Shown here piece after piece: positions 38,674 to 48,469 of a stretch of 64,000 nucleotides of DNA. A program made the position numbers and the translations under genes. A model generated the notes under the pieces. That model saw only the letters and a program-made list of their open reading frames with translations, was not told the origin of the DNA and did not search any database. Positions within the stretch are counted from its first letter, which is position 1. Each line of letters begins with the position of its first letter. Source of the stretch: an uncultured Candidatus Binatia bacterium (GTDB lineage: Bacteria; Desulfobacterota; Binatia; UBA9968; JAJDTQ01); the NCBI GenBank assembly GCA_965215605.1, contig OZ244070.1, forward strand, positions 3,872,001 to 3,936,000, read 5' to 3'.

Positions 38674-39801
38674 CTATTGGAGATCGTAGAGCCTCGCGCT
38701 GTTGTCCCACAAGATCTTCCGCCTGGACGCATCGGCCAGCCCGTCGATCTTGAGGAAGCTCTCCACCGCTTCCGGCCAGCGCGAGTCGGAGTGCGGATAG
38801 TCCGTCGAGATCACGATGTTGTCGTCTCCGATCCGGCTCACCACGTCCGCCACCAGATCCTCCTCGACGTCCGTGGCGATGAAGCACTGGCGCAGGAAGT
38901 ACTCGCTGGGATTCAGCGAAAGCGGCGTGTCGCAGAGGTCCTTGCGGAGTTCCCAGCGCTCGTCGAGACGGTAGAGGACCCACGGCAGCCAACTGCAGTT
39001 GCCCTCCAGGAACGCCACGCGCAGGCGGGGAAAACGCTCCAGCACCCCGCCGCCGCAGAAGCTCCCCACCGCCAGCATGAGCTCGACGGGATTGCGGTAG
39101 GCGTTCACCAGGATGCCTTCGTTGGGAAGGCCCTTGAAACGCTGCGCCACCTGGTCCATGCGGGGATTGGCCGCGGGGTGAAAACAGATGGGAACGTCCA
39201 GGCGTTCCGCCTCGCGCCACAAGGGGTCGAAACAATGCTCATGGATGTGCCGGCCGTTGGCCGGCTCGGGCACCAGGCAGAGGCCGACCGCACCCCTCTC
39301 GGTGACCGCGCGACGGGTCTCGTCCACGGCCATGTCCACGTCGTGGAGCGTGATCAGCGCCGACGGCTTGAGCCTCTCCGTGCGCTCCTTGCAGAAGTCC
39401 GCCACCCAGTCGTTCCAGGCGCGGCACAGCGCGTTGGCGTACTCCGGCTCCAGCCGGTCGTCGCAGTGGAGCGGGAAGGTGCGGAACAGCACCGCCACGT
39501 CCAGACCCTCCACGTCCATGGCCTCCACCTGGGAGACGGCGTCGTAGTTCCGGGCCAGGGGCTTCGTGTAGCGGTGGGCGACCTTGTCCTCTCCGGGTGT
39601 CACGTTGGGGCGGGCCGTCAGTCCCGACGCCCGCACATGTGCGCCGTCGCCGAAGCTGAACTTGACCTGTCCATGGCGCGTCCGCGGCTCCCCCCGGGGG
39701 ATCCGGTCTCCCCATCGGGGATCCATGTACTTGAGATAGAGATCGTGCGGCTCGAACACATGCATGTCGCTATCGAGGATCTTGAAACCGTTCCGCGCCA
39801 T
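38674..39801 (-). CDS. amidohydrolase_2 family protein
   Basis: ILDSDMH, CFHP, VAFLEGN, STDYPH. Confidence 0.92.
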   Translation of the reverse strand: MARNGFKILDSDMHVFEPHDLYLKYMDPRWGDRIPRGEPRTRHGQVKFSFGDGAHVRASGLTARPNVTPGEDKVAHRYTKPLARNYDAVSQVEAMDVEGLDVAVLFRTFPLHCDDRLEPEYANALCRAWNDWVADFCKERTERLKPSALITLHDVDMAVDETRRAVTERGAVGLCLVPEPANGRHIHEHCFDPLWREAERLDVPICFHPAANPRMDQVAQRFKGLPNEGILVNAYRNPVELMLAVGSFCGGGVLERFPRLRVAFLEGNCSWLPWVLYRLDERWELRKDLCDTPLSLNPSEYFLRQCFIATDVEEDLVADVVSRIGDDNIVISTDYPHSDSRWPEAVESFLKIDGLADASRRKILWDNSARLYDLQ

Positions 39802-39858
39802 GGTCAGGACTCCCTTGGGTTGGTGCGGCGGCCGGCCGCGGCCGGCTGCCGGTTACCA

Positions 39859-40881
39859 TTAGTGTCCGGTGAGGATCTTCCGGGCCTGCTTGCGCCACTT
39901 CTTGAGCTCCCTGGCTTCCTCCATGGTGGGAGCGTTCCAGACGAACTTGACGCCGGCCGCGCGCGCCATCTTGGCGGCGTCGGTCTGCGCGCTGGGCCCA
40001 AGCTGGCTCCGGAAGGAGGCTTTCTCCATGAGCGCCGACGCCTCGGGAGTGCCGAGATAGCCGGTCAGCAGCTTGGCCGCGTTGGGATTGCGCACCTTCT
40101 TCACCGCGATGGAGTAGAAGCGGGTCACCGACATGGGCGTGATCCAGACGAAGTCCAACGGCGCCTTGTCCTTGACCTTGGCCCTGAAGACGCGGTCGAA
40201 CTGGATCAGCGCCAGCGGCGCCTGCCCCGCCACCAGGGCCTCCAGGGTCTGAGGTCCGCCGCGGGGCTGAATGATGGGGTTCTGGGCCCTGAACTTCCGG
40301 GTATACTCCATCGTCTTCTCCAGCCCCCACGCCGGCACCAGGTCTCCGAACGGATATCCCCGCCCCACGACGATGATCTTGCGGCCTTTCCACTTCGGGT
40401 CCAGCAGCCCCTCCCAGGTGGTGGGCACCTGGTCCCTGGAGACCAGCTTGGTGTTGAACCCCAGCACCCGGGTCAGGTCGAACCACGGCACCAGCCGTTC
40501 CCCGAACGAGATCTCGTTCTTGGCGATGCCGAACTCGTGATACGGAAACGGCGCCAGCAGGTCGGCCTTGAGCAGCCGCTCCGCCGACGTGGTGGTGGCC
40601 TGGGCCACCTCGTAGGTGGCCATGCCCACACGGGACTCGAGCTGTATCTTCGCCGACGCATCGGATCCCGTCGAAGGGATGTGGTTCACCTGGATACCCG
40701 GGAACCGTTTCATGAAGCCGTCGATCTGCGCCTTGAGCGCCACCGGCGGCGAGCCCGCGGCCAGCACCACCTGCCCTTCCTTCTTGGCCTTCTCGTAGAG
40801 GGCCTTGACGTTGTCCTGGGCGTAAGCGCCCGTGACCGCGGCGAGCGAAACAGAGACGATGAGCGCAATGATCGGTTTCAT
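39859..40881 (-). CDS. ABC substrate-binding protein (Fe/polyamine-like cluster)
   Basis: Signal peptide MKPIIALIVSVSLAAVTGAYA, AKKEG, PTTWEGLLDPKWKG, PNAAKL. Confidence 0.88.
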   Translation of the reverse strand: MKPIIALIVSVSLAAVTGAYAQDNVKALYEKAKKEGQVVLAAGSPPVALKAQIDGFMKRFPGIQVNHIPSTGSDASAKIQLESRVGMATYEVAQATTTSAERLLKADLLAPFPYHEFGIAKNEISFGERLVPWFDLTRVLGFNTKLVSRDQVPTTWEGLLDPKWKGRKIIVVGRGYPFGDLVPAWGLEKTMEYTRKFRAQNPIIQPRGGPQTLEALVAGQAPLALIQFDRVFRAKVKDKAPLDFVWITPMSVTRFYSIAVKKVRNPNAAKLLTGYLGTPEASALMEKASFRSQLGPSAQTDAAKMARAAGVKFVWNAPTMEEARELKKWRKQARKILTGH

Positions 40882-40998
40882 CCTGGCCCTCCTGCACTCC
40901 CTGACGTGCGTGGCACGTTGCCGAAAGATGGCCCGCGAATAACACGACGCGCGAAAGCCGGTCAAGGGCACCCTGTCCGCGCCGGACGCGTCAGGACA

Positions 40999-42180
40999 CT
41001 AGACCGTCCCCGCTTCCACCAGCCGTTCGACCCGTTCCTCGCTGAACCCCAACTCCCGCAGGATCTCGGCGGTGTGCTCCCCCAGCTCCGGCGGCAGCGC
41101 CGATACCTGGAACGGCGTGTCGCTCAGGTTAACGCCGCTTCTCACCGTGTGGATAGTGCCGTGCTTCGGGTGCTCCAGCTCCATGATCCGGTCGAGGTGC
41201 TTGACCTGGGGGTCCTCGAACACCTCGTCGAGGCGGTTGATGGGGGCGTGGGCCACGTCGTGTTGGCTCAACGCGTCCAGCCAGTGCTGCCGGGGCCTGG
41301 TCTCCGCGATCTCCTGCAGCAGGTCCTTCAACTCGTCGTAATTGACCAGACGGTCCTCGCGGTCCTTGAAACGGGGGTCTTCCGCGAGTTCCGGCCGTCC
41401 CAGGGCCTCGGCCATGCTCACGAAGAACTTGTTGAGGTGGGAGAGATGGATGACGAACGGGAGCCCGTCCCCGGCCAGCAACGCGTACACCCCGGCCGAA
41501 CGTCCCCGGCTCTCCACGTTCGGAATGTCCCCGGTGGCGAAGTACTGGGTGATGCTGCGGCCGATGAACGCCATGGAGGCCTCCATCAGGGAGGTCTCCA
41601 CCTTCTGGCCCTTGCCCGTCTTCTCCCGCGCCATCAACGCCGTGAGGATACCGTAGCAGGCGAAGAGGCCGCCCAGGTGGTCGGAGAAGGCCAGACCCGG
41701 CGGATGGGGGGTCCTGGGGTCGATGATCTGGCTCAACAGGCCGCTGAGGCACTGTCCGAGGGTGTCGAACCCCGGCCTCTCCCGGTAAGGGCCGGTTTGG
41801 CCGAATGCCGAAATGCCACAATAGACGAGACGCGGGTTGAGTTCCCGGAGCCGCTCGCAACCCAGCTCCAGCCGGTCCATCACGCCGGGGCGGTAGTTCT
41901 CGATGACGACGTCGGCCCCTTCCGCCATGCGGAGAAAGATCTCCTTGCCTTCCGGATCGCGCAGGTTCAGGGTCATGCTGCGCTTGTTGCGGTTGTAGCT
42001 CTGGAACAGCGGACTGTACATGCGCGGCTCCTGGGCCCACTTCCGGAAGGGGTCGCCGCCGCTGGTGTTCTCGATCTTGACCACCGCCGCCCCCATGTCC
42101 GCCAGCAGCATGGCCGCGAACGGGCCGGCGATGTAGCTGCTGAGGTCGAGTATCCTGATGCCGTCAAGGGCTTGTGCCAT
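40999..42180 (-). CDS. CoA transferase family III (CaiB/BaiF)
   Basis: LDGIRILDL, LADMGA, NRNKRS, ENYRPG, SAFGQTGP, FSD. Confidence 0.94.
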   Translation of the reverse strand: MAQALDGIRILDLSSYIAGPFAAMLLADMGAAVVKIENTSGGDPFRKWAQEPRMYSPLFQSYNRNKRSMTLNLRDPEGKEIFLRMAEGADVVIENYRPGVMDRLELGCERLRELNPRLVYCGISAFGQTGPYRERPGFDTLGQCLSGLLSQIIDPRTPHPPGLAFSDHLGGLFACYGILTALMAREKTGKGQKVETSLMEASMAFIGRSITQYFATGDIPNVESRGRSAGVYALLAGDGLPFVIHLSHLNKFFVSMAEALGRPELAEDPRFKDREDRLVNYDELKDLLQEIAETRPRQHWLDALSQHDVAHAPINRLDEVFEDPQVKHLDRIMELEHPKHGTIHTVRSGVNLSDTPFQVSALPPELGEHTAEILRELGFSEERVERLVEAGTV

Positions 42181-42218
42181 TCGTGCGCTCCTCCTTCAAA
42201 GCTGCTGCCGTGGTCTCC

Positions 42219-42284
42219 TTTATAGGAACCCAACGGCGGCGGAGTCAAAGGCGCCTTGACTCGTGGGACCGCCAAAGGTATTCG
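42219..42284. promoter_or_regulatory. back-to-back divergent sigma70 promoters
   Basis: Minus TTGACT-N18-TATAAA; plus TTGACT-N17-TATTCG; the -35 boxes form GAGTCAA-N7-TTGACTC. Confidence 0.5.
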
Positions 42285-42321
42285 GGTTGAGCAGCCAACG
42301 CCTCGGCGAAGGGAGACCCGG

Positions 42322-43458
42322 ATGAAGAACGGGCTGAAGATCATCGATTCCGACATGCACATCATGGAGCCGCCGGACCTCTGGGAAAACTACGTCGAGG
42401 CACCTTTCAAGCAGCATGCGCCGAGGGTGGTCAACGTCCCCAGCCGGGGCGACTTCAACCTGCTGCTGCTGGACGGCAAGGAGCCGCGGGCCAAGAGCCC
42501 GTCCTTGGCCAACGACGCACGCATGATCGGCAAGCGGCGCGCGTCCACGCGCGAGGACGTCATCGGCTTCGCCCGGGACCAGGGCTTCAACGCCAAGTCC
42601 CAACTGGAGGCCATGGACATCGAGGGGCTCGACGTGGCGGTGCTGTTCCCCACCGCCTGCCTGCACATCATGACCGTGCCGGACATGGACCCGCTCTTGG
42701 CGGAGGCCATCTGCCGGGCCTACAACAACTGGCTTTACGACTTCTGCCAGGAGGACCCGTCGCGGCTCAAGGGCGCCGCCATGCTGCCGCCCCACGACGT
42801 CTCGCTGGCGATGCGGGAGGCCCGGCGCGCGGCCAACGACCTGGGCTTCGTCACCGCCTTCCTGCGCGCCACGCCGCTCCCCGGCGACACCTGGTTCGGC
42901 CTCTACTGGGAGCCCCTGTGGGCCGAGCTGGAGGAGCTGGGGATGCCGGTGGGATTCCACGAGTGCACCAACTCGGGCTACTACCCCCACATCGAGCGCT
43001 TCGGCCAGAACAACCGCCTCATGCGCCACATCTGCAGCCACGTCACCGGACAGATGGTGACCATGGTGGACATCATCGTCGGCGGCGTGCTCGAACGCTT
43101 CCCGGAGCTCAAGGTGGCGTTCCTGGAATGCAACTGTGGCTGGGCGCCGGCCTGGCTGAGCCGCATGGATACCCACTGGAGCCAGCTGGGCGCCGCGGAC
43201 GCGCCCATGCTCACCATGAAGCCCAGCGAGTACTTCAAGCGCCAGTGCGTCATCGGGTGCGAGGGCGAGGAACGGGAGGTGGGGTCGGTGATCCAGTTGA
43301 TGGGCGGCGACAACATCGTCTTCTCGTCCGACTATCCCCACAGCGACTCGGAGTTTCCCCACGCGGTGGACGCGTTCATGCAGCAGGAACTGCCCGTGGA
43401 GCACGCCCGCAAGATCCTGTGGGACAACTGCATCAAGTTCTACGGGATCGACGCTTAG
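42322..43458 (+). CDS. amidohydrolase_2 family protein
   Basis: IIDSDMH, GFHE, VAFLEC, SSDYPH. Confidence 0.92.
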   Translation: MKNGLKIIDSDMHIMEPPDLWENYVEAPFKQHAPRVVNVPSRGDFNLLLLDGKEPRAKSPSLANDARMIGKRRASTREDVIGFARDQGFNAKSQLEAMDIEGLDVAVLFPTACLHIMTVPDMDPLLAEAICRAYNNWLYDFCQEDPSRLKGAAMLPPHDVSLAMREARRAANDLGFVTAFLRATPLPGDTWFGLYWEPLWAELEELGMPVGFHECTNSGYYPHIERFGQNNRLMRHICSHVTGQMVTMVDIIVGGVLERFPELKVAFLECNCGWAPAWLSRMDTHWSQLGAADAPMLTMKPSEYFKRQCVIGCEGEEREVGSVIQLMGGDNIVFSSDYPHSDSEFPHAVDAFMQQELPVEHARKILWDNCIKFYGIDA

Positions 43459-43490
43459 GCGGACACGACGCGCTCCCCGCACCTGATGCC

Positions 43491-44651
43491 ATGCTGCGTT
43501 TCGGTGTTTTCCTTGCCCCGTTCCACGCGCTGAACGAGAACCCCACTCTCCTGTTCGAGCGCGACCTGGAGCTGATCATGCTGCTGGACCGCCTCGGCTA
43601 CGACGAGGCGTGGATCGGCGAGCACCACTCGGGCGGATTCGAGACCATCGCCGCGCCGGAGATCTTCATCGCCGCCGCGGCCCGGGAGACCCGGCGCATC
43701 CGGCTCGGCACCGGCGTGAAGTCCCTGCCCTACAACCACCCCTTCATGCTCGCCGACGCCATGGTGCAACTCGACCACATGACCCGCGGGCGCGCCATGT
43801 TCGGCGTGGGGCCCGGCGCGCTGCCTTCGGACGCCACACAGATGGGTGTCGACCCGCGACGCACCCGGCGCATGATGAACGAGGCGCTGGACGTCATCAT
43901 CCCGCTCCTGGAGGGTGAACGCGTGAGCGCCCGGACCGACTGGTTTACCCTCGAAAACGCCAGGCTCCAGCACGCCTCCTTCACTCGCCCGCGGATGGAA
44001 ATGGCCGTGACCACCATCCGCTCGCCGGCCGGCGCATCGCTGGCCGGTCGCTACGGGCTCGGACTTCTTTCCCTCGGCGGACACTCCGACGAGGCGCTGG
44101 ACGCCTATGCCCGCAACTGGGGCATCTACGAGGAAGCCGCCGCCGCCCACGGCCGCGTAGCCGACCGGGCGCTATTCCGCATCGCCGTGCAGATGCACAT
44201 CGCCGACACCCGCGAGCAAGCCATGGAGGACGTCCGGTTCGGCATCGACGCCTGGGGCGGCTACGCCCGCGATGTGCTGCCGAATCAAACCGTCCCCAAA
44301 GGAGTCACCGACACCCGCACATTCATCGTCGAGTCCGGCCGCGCCATCATCGGCACGGCCGATGACGCCATCCGCGGGATCGAGCGCATGCAAGCCGGCA
44401 CGGGCGGGTTCGGCGTGGTGCTGTTCATGTGCCACGACTGGGCCGACTGGAAGGCTACCCGGCGCAGCTACGAGCTGTTCGCGAGACACGTGGTTCCGCA
44501 TTTCCAGGGTCAGTTCGATCCCAGACAGACCAGCTACGACGAGGCCGCCAGGCGGCAACCGGAGTTCCGCGCCGCAGCGATGGAGGGCGTCGCCGCCGCC
44601 AAGGCGGAATACGAGGACAAGCGAAAAAACAGGCGGGCTGAGGAACCGTGA
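43491..44651 (+). CDS. luciferase-like (LLM) flavin-dependent monooxygenase, LimB-like
   Basis: RFGVFLAPFH, LGYDEAWIGEHHS, IRLGTGV, GVGPGALPSD. Confidence 0.92.
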   Translation: MLRFGVFLAPFHALNENPTLLFERDLELIMLLDRLGYDEAWIGEHHSGGFETIAAPEIFIAAAARETRRIRLGTGVKSLPYNHPFMLADAMVQLDHMTRGRAMFGVGPGALPSDATQMGVDPRRTRRMMNEALDVIIPLLEGERVSARTDWFTLENARLQHASFTRPRMEMAVTTIRSPAGASLAGRYGLGLLSLGGHSDEALDAYARNWGIYEEAAAAHGRVADRALFRIAVQMHIADTREQAMEDVRFGIDAWGGYARDVLPNQTVPKGVTDTRTFIVESGRAIIGTADDAIRGIERMQAGTGGFGVVLFMCHDWADWKATRRSYELFARHVVPHFQGQFDPRQTSYDEAARRQPEFRAAAMEGVAAAKAEYEDKRKNRRAEEP

Positions 44652-44798
44652 TGCGCGGCGTGCTCGTTGAATTTCCGCTTTTTCTTCGCGGCGCAACCGT
44701 GAAGTCTCTTGCCTCTTCGACGGTCAACTGAGGGCGGTTTCGACACGAACCACGTATTGTGGCACCGCAGAATAGGGTGTCCCGACCCCGCCCAACAC

Positions 44799-45905
44799 TC
44801 ACAGATTGTAAAGCCGCGCGCAGTTGTCCCAGAGGATCTTCCGCTTCGTTTCCTTGGAGACGCCTTCGACCTCCAGGAACTCTTCCACGGCGTGGGGGAA
44901 GTCCGAGTCTCCGTGGGGGTAGTCGGTGGAGTAGACGATGTTGTCGTCGCCGATGAGCTCCGCGATCATGGGAAGCTCCTTCTCGGACTCGGTGGAGATC
45001 CAGCACTGGCGCTTGAAGAACTCGCTGGGTTTGAGCTCCGAGGTGTTGGGGTTGCGGGCCTTGGCGACGGTGCCGTCCATGCGGTGGAGCATGAAGGATA
45101 CCCAGCCGCAGTAGCATTCCAGGAAGGCCACCTTGAGCCTGGGGTGGCGTTCCAAGACGCCGCCGCCGATGATGTCGATCATGGCCATCATGTTGGACAT
45201 GGGATGCTCGCAGATGTGCCGCAGCAGCAGGTCGTCGCCGAACACGTCGCCCATCTGCCGGACCTCTCCGGCTGAGGCGGCGGAATGGAAGCCCATGGGG
45301 ATGCCCAGATCTTCCAGGGTGGCCCAAAGAACATCGTAGTAGCGGGAATGCCAGGGCAGCGAGCGGAGCGGCTCGGGACGGGCGAACACCGACACGAAGC
45401 CCAGCTCCTCCACCGCCCTGCGGGCTTCCTTGGCGGCCTCGGTGACGTCGTGGAGGGAGATCATGGCCGAGCCTTTCATACGTTCGGGATCGGTCTGGCA
45501 GAAGTCGTAGAGCCAGTTGTTGTAGGCCCTTGCTATCGCGGCGCCGAGCCTGGGGTCCATGTCCTCGCGCATCATGACGCCCAGGCCGATGGACGGATAC
45601 ATGATCGCCAGGTCCAGCCCCTCCTTCTCCATCGCGTCGAGCTGTGAGACGCCGTCGAAGCCCCGGGCGCGGGCGTCGGCGATCTCCGCGTCGATGCGGG
45701 TGGCGTCGAAGATGCCGCCTCGATAGGCAGGCGGGTAGCCCTTGAGGATCTTGCCGTCGAGCATGACCATGGCCGAGCTGCGCGTGGTGGTGCTCAGGAT
45801 CTTGGGACCCCGGTCGCGAAACTCGGGCTCCATGTACTTGTCCCAGAGGTCCGCGGGTTCGCGGACGTGCATGTCCGAGTCCATGATCTTCAATCCGTCT
45901 TTCAT
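44799..45905 (-). CDS. amidohydrolase_2 family protein
   Basis: IMDSDMH, GFH, VAFLEC, STDYPH. Confidence 0.92.
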   Translation of the reverse strand: MKDGLKIMDSDMHVREPADLWDKYMEPEFRDRGPKILSTTTRSSAMVMLDGKILKGYPPAYRGGIFDATRIDAEIADARARGFDGVSQLDAMEKEGLDLAIMYPSIGLGVMMREDMDPRLGAAIARAYNNWLYDFCQTDPERMKGSAMISLHDVTEAAKEARRAVEELGFVSVFARPEPLRSLPWHSRYYDVLWATLEDLGIPMGFHSAASAGEVRQMGDVFGDDLLLRHICEHPMSNMMAMIDIIGGGVLERHPRLKVAFLECYCGWVSFMLHRMDGTVAKARNPNTSELKPSEFFKRQCWISTESEKELPMIAELIGDDNIVYSTDYPHGDSDFPHAVEEFLEVEGVSKETKRKILWDNCARLYNL

Positions 45906-45964
45906 GAGCGCTTCTCTCCCTTGTTCACGTGGGTTGTCAATGCGAGCGGCGCGCCAACCCGGAG

Positions 45965-47425
45965 CTACCCCCCCTCCATCACCCGAGCGGCCGCTTCCTC
46001 ACAGGCCGTGCCGGCAAAGAAGTCCGGATTCATGCCGGAATAGAAGGACACCGCGTTGGTGAAGCTGAAGTCGCGAAAATCCTCTTCGGTGATATGCCCC
46101 CGGTCCACCAGCTCGTGGGCCTCGGCCACCACCTCGGTCATGTCGGTGACGTCCCAGTGGCCGATATCCGAGCTCATCATGGCCCCGAGCCGGGCGCCGA
46201 AGGGGTTCAACTTGTCGTTGAAGGCCCAGGCGATCATGCGGTCGTCGGCCTCGCAACCGAAGTAGAACCGCGGCACGAAGCGGTCGTGGATGTCCTCGGC
46301 TCTCTCGATGCCGCAGCGGGACCAGTCGTCGAGGATCTCGGGGCGGCGCTCCTTCCGGCCCAGCGACGCGCGGATTTCGGCCAGCTTGTCGCCGCTCTCG
46401 ATGCCGCTGTAGTCCGCCACCAGCTTCATCATCAAGTCTACGTCGAGGCTCTCCGGATCCAGCTCCGAGATGGCATCCCGGTTGCGCTTCTCCCAGTGCT
46501 CCAGGATGTCGCTGTAGAGGCTGCAGGCCCACGCCACGCCGCATTCGAGAAATGCGAAGTTGAGCATTGGAAAGCGATATGTAACCCCGCCGAAAAAGAG
46601 GGCCTTACACATGGCCTCGCCGGCCGCGGCAAAGTGGCCGATGTGGTTGTACATGTAGTTGGAGACCGACCGCCGGCTGCCCCAGCCCTGGCCGCTGGCG
46701 TGGGAGGTGGGAGCCACCCCCAACTCCAGGCACCGCTGCCAGAACGGGTCGTAATCGTAGTCGCTGTCCAGCGCCAGCGTGTCGATGTAACGGGCCAGCG
46801 GCGCCAGGCCGGGGGCCTCCTCCCGCACCCGCGGAATCGGACGGTCCACGTGAGAGATGACGATGGTCTTGAGGCCCAATTCCCGGACGGCGTACTCGGT
46901 GTCCTCGATGGCCTCTTGCGGAGTGTGGGTGGGAATCACGGCAGCCGGAGTCATCCGGTCCGAACACTCGCCGTAGAACTCGGCGTGGAACTTGTTGAGC
47001 GCCCGACAGGATACCCGCCGGAGCTCCTCGTCCTCGAACCGAGGCGGCCCCGCCAGACCCTCGGTGGGATACAGCACGGCGAAGTCGATGCCGAGCCGGT
47101 CCATTCGCTCATGCAACAGCCGCGGCAGCGACGCGGTGGCGCGATCCAGGGTGTTGCCCGCGGGGCGGGCCCACCAGGGCGGACAGTGGGCCCGGACGCC
47201 GCGCCGTTCCGCCTCGGTCATGGAAGACCAGCGGCTGTTGGAGCGCACGCTCATGGCCTCGGCATAGCGCCCGGGCATGTCCGCCCCGCCCAGCTCCTTC
47301 AGGTAGTCGTGGTACAGCGGCGACAACTCGACGGTATGGCCGTCGGTATCGATGACCGGATGGTCGAGCCGGGCCCGAACCGCCTCCGAGTCTGAAGTCC
47401 CTCCTGAACTCATCATCCTCCCCAA
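45965..47425 (-). CDS. amidohydrolase_2 family protein (long subtype)
   Basis: IDTDGH, NHIGHF, FAFLECG, SSDIGHWD. Confidence 0.88.
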   Translation of the reverse strand: MGRMMSSGGTSDSEAVRARLDHPVIDTDGHTVELSPLYHDYLKELGGADMPGRYAEAMSVRSNSRWSSMTEAERRGVRAHCPPWWARPAGNTLDRATASLPRLLHERMDRLGIDFAVLYPTEGLAGPPRFEDEELRRVSCRALNKFHAEFYGECSDRMTPAAVIPTHTPQEAIEDTEYAVRELGLKTIVISHVDRPIPRVREEAPGLAPLARYIDTLALDSDYDYDPFWQRCLELGVAPTSHASGQGWGSRRSVSNYMYNHIGHFAAAGEAMCKALFFGGVTYRFPMLNFAFLECGVAWACSLYSDILEHWEKRNRDAISELDPESLDVDLMMKLVADYSGIESGDKLAEIRASLGRKERRPEILDDWSRCGIERAEDIHDRFVPRFYFGCEADDRMIAWAFNDKLNPFGARLGAMMSSDIGHWDVTDMTEVVAEAHELVDRGHITEEDFRDFSFTNAVSFYSGMNPDFFAGTACEEAAARVMEGG

Positions 47426-47466
47426 TCTTCCCGGCGCGAGCCGTCCTCGGCCAGCCAGCCCGCCGG

Positions 47467-48420
47467 CTACGCTCCGCGCTCCAACGCCTCCAGGTCCTTC
47501 ACGTAGTCACGCAGCGCCGCGCCGAGGTCGAACCGCGGTTCCCAGCCGAGATGTTCCCTGGCTCGTGAAATGTCCAGGGGCTTCTTGGGACCCTCGTGCG
47601 GCGTCCCGTCCGGCACCACTTCCACCTCGAGGTCCGGATAGATGGCTCTCGCCTCCTCCACCAGCTCGTCGAAGGTCGTGACCAGACCGGTGCCGATGTT
47701 GAACACGTTGACCGGCGGCACCGGCACGGTGGCCGCCAGGTCCACCGCCCGGCCCACGTCCTTGGCGTAGATGCGCTCCAGCGGCCGGGTCTGGCGCCGC
47801 GCGATCCTGGCAACGCCGCCTTCGCGGCCGCAGGTGAGGAGCGTGTGCGTGATGGCGCCGCTCTCGGCGCCGCCCAGGAAGTGACCCAGCCCGAACACGT
47901 GGGCCAGCCGCACCACCATCAAATCGAAGCCGTAGAGCCGCGCATAGGCCTCCAGCACCAGTTCCTGCACCGCCTTGGAGTTGCCGTAGGCGGTGCTGTC
48001 GCCCCGCTGGAGCGTCTCGGGCACCGAGGGTACCGATCCTTCGAACGTCCGGTTGTAGACGCTGAGCGTGCTGATATGCACGACCCGCTTGACGCCCGCC
48101 AACCGCACCGCCTCCGCCACGTTGATGGTGCCCTGGATGTTCACGTTGAAGGCCCAGTATCCCTCCCGGGCCACCCGGCCGGCGATGATCGCCGCCGTGT
48201 GCAGCACCGTGTCGATGTCATGGGCCTTGATGATTCCCGTGAGGGCCGGCAGGTCCAGCACGTCCCCCTGGAGGGACACATAGTCCGCGGAACCGAGCTT
48301 CTGCTTCAGGTAATCATCCCGCGGCTGGAAATCGACGAAGACGAGACGCTCCCCCCTCGCCGCGGCATACTGGCCGAACGAAGCTCCGATGAGTCCGCTG
48401 CCCGTGATCAGAGTCGCCAT
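47467..48420 (-). CDS. NAD-dependent epimerase/dehydratase (extended SDR)
   Basis: TGSGLIG, HTAA, HISTLSVY, YGNSK. Confidence 0.9.
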   Translation of the reverse strand: MATLITGSGLIGASFGQYAAARGERLVFVDFQPRDDYLKQKLGSADYVSLQGDVLDLPALTGIIKAHDIDTVLHTAAIIAGRVAREGYWAFNVNIQGTINVAEAVRLAGVKRVVHISTLSVYNRTFEGSVPSVPETLQRGDSTAYGNSKAVQELVLEAYARLYGFDLMVVRLAHVFGLGHFLGGAESGAITHTLLTCGREGGVARIARRQTRPLERIYAKDVGRAVDLAATVPVPPVNVFNIGTGLVTTFDELVEEARAIYPDLEVEVVPDGTPHEGPKKPLDISRAREHLGWEPRFDLGAALRDYVKDLEALERGA

Positions 48421-48469
48421 GCCGGCAAATCTAGCACGGACGGCACGGGGTTGGGAGAGGGAGTTGCTG

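Noticed and set aside
38677-42225. 1182-aa + strand ORF and similar long ORFs (1908-3830, 4238-6004, 16853-19045, 19072-20844, 30186-32069)
   Set aside because: Antisense shadows of well-supported genes, expected at high GC3; no family motifs
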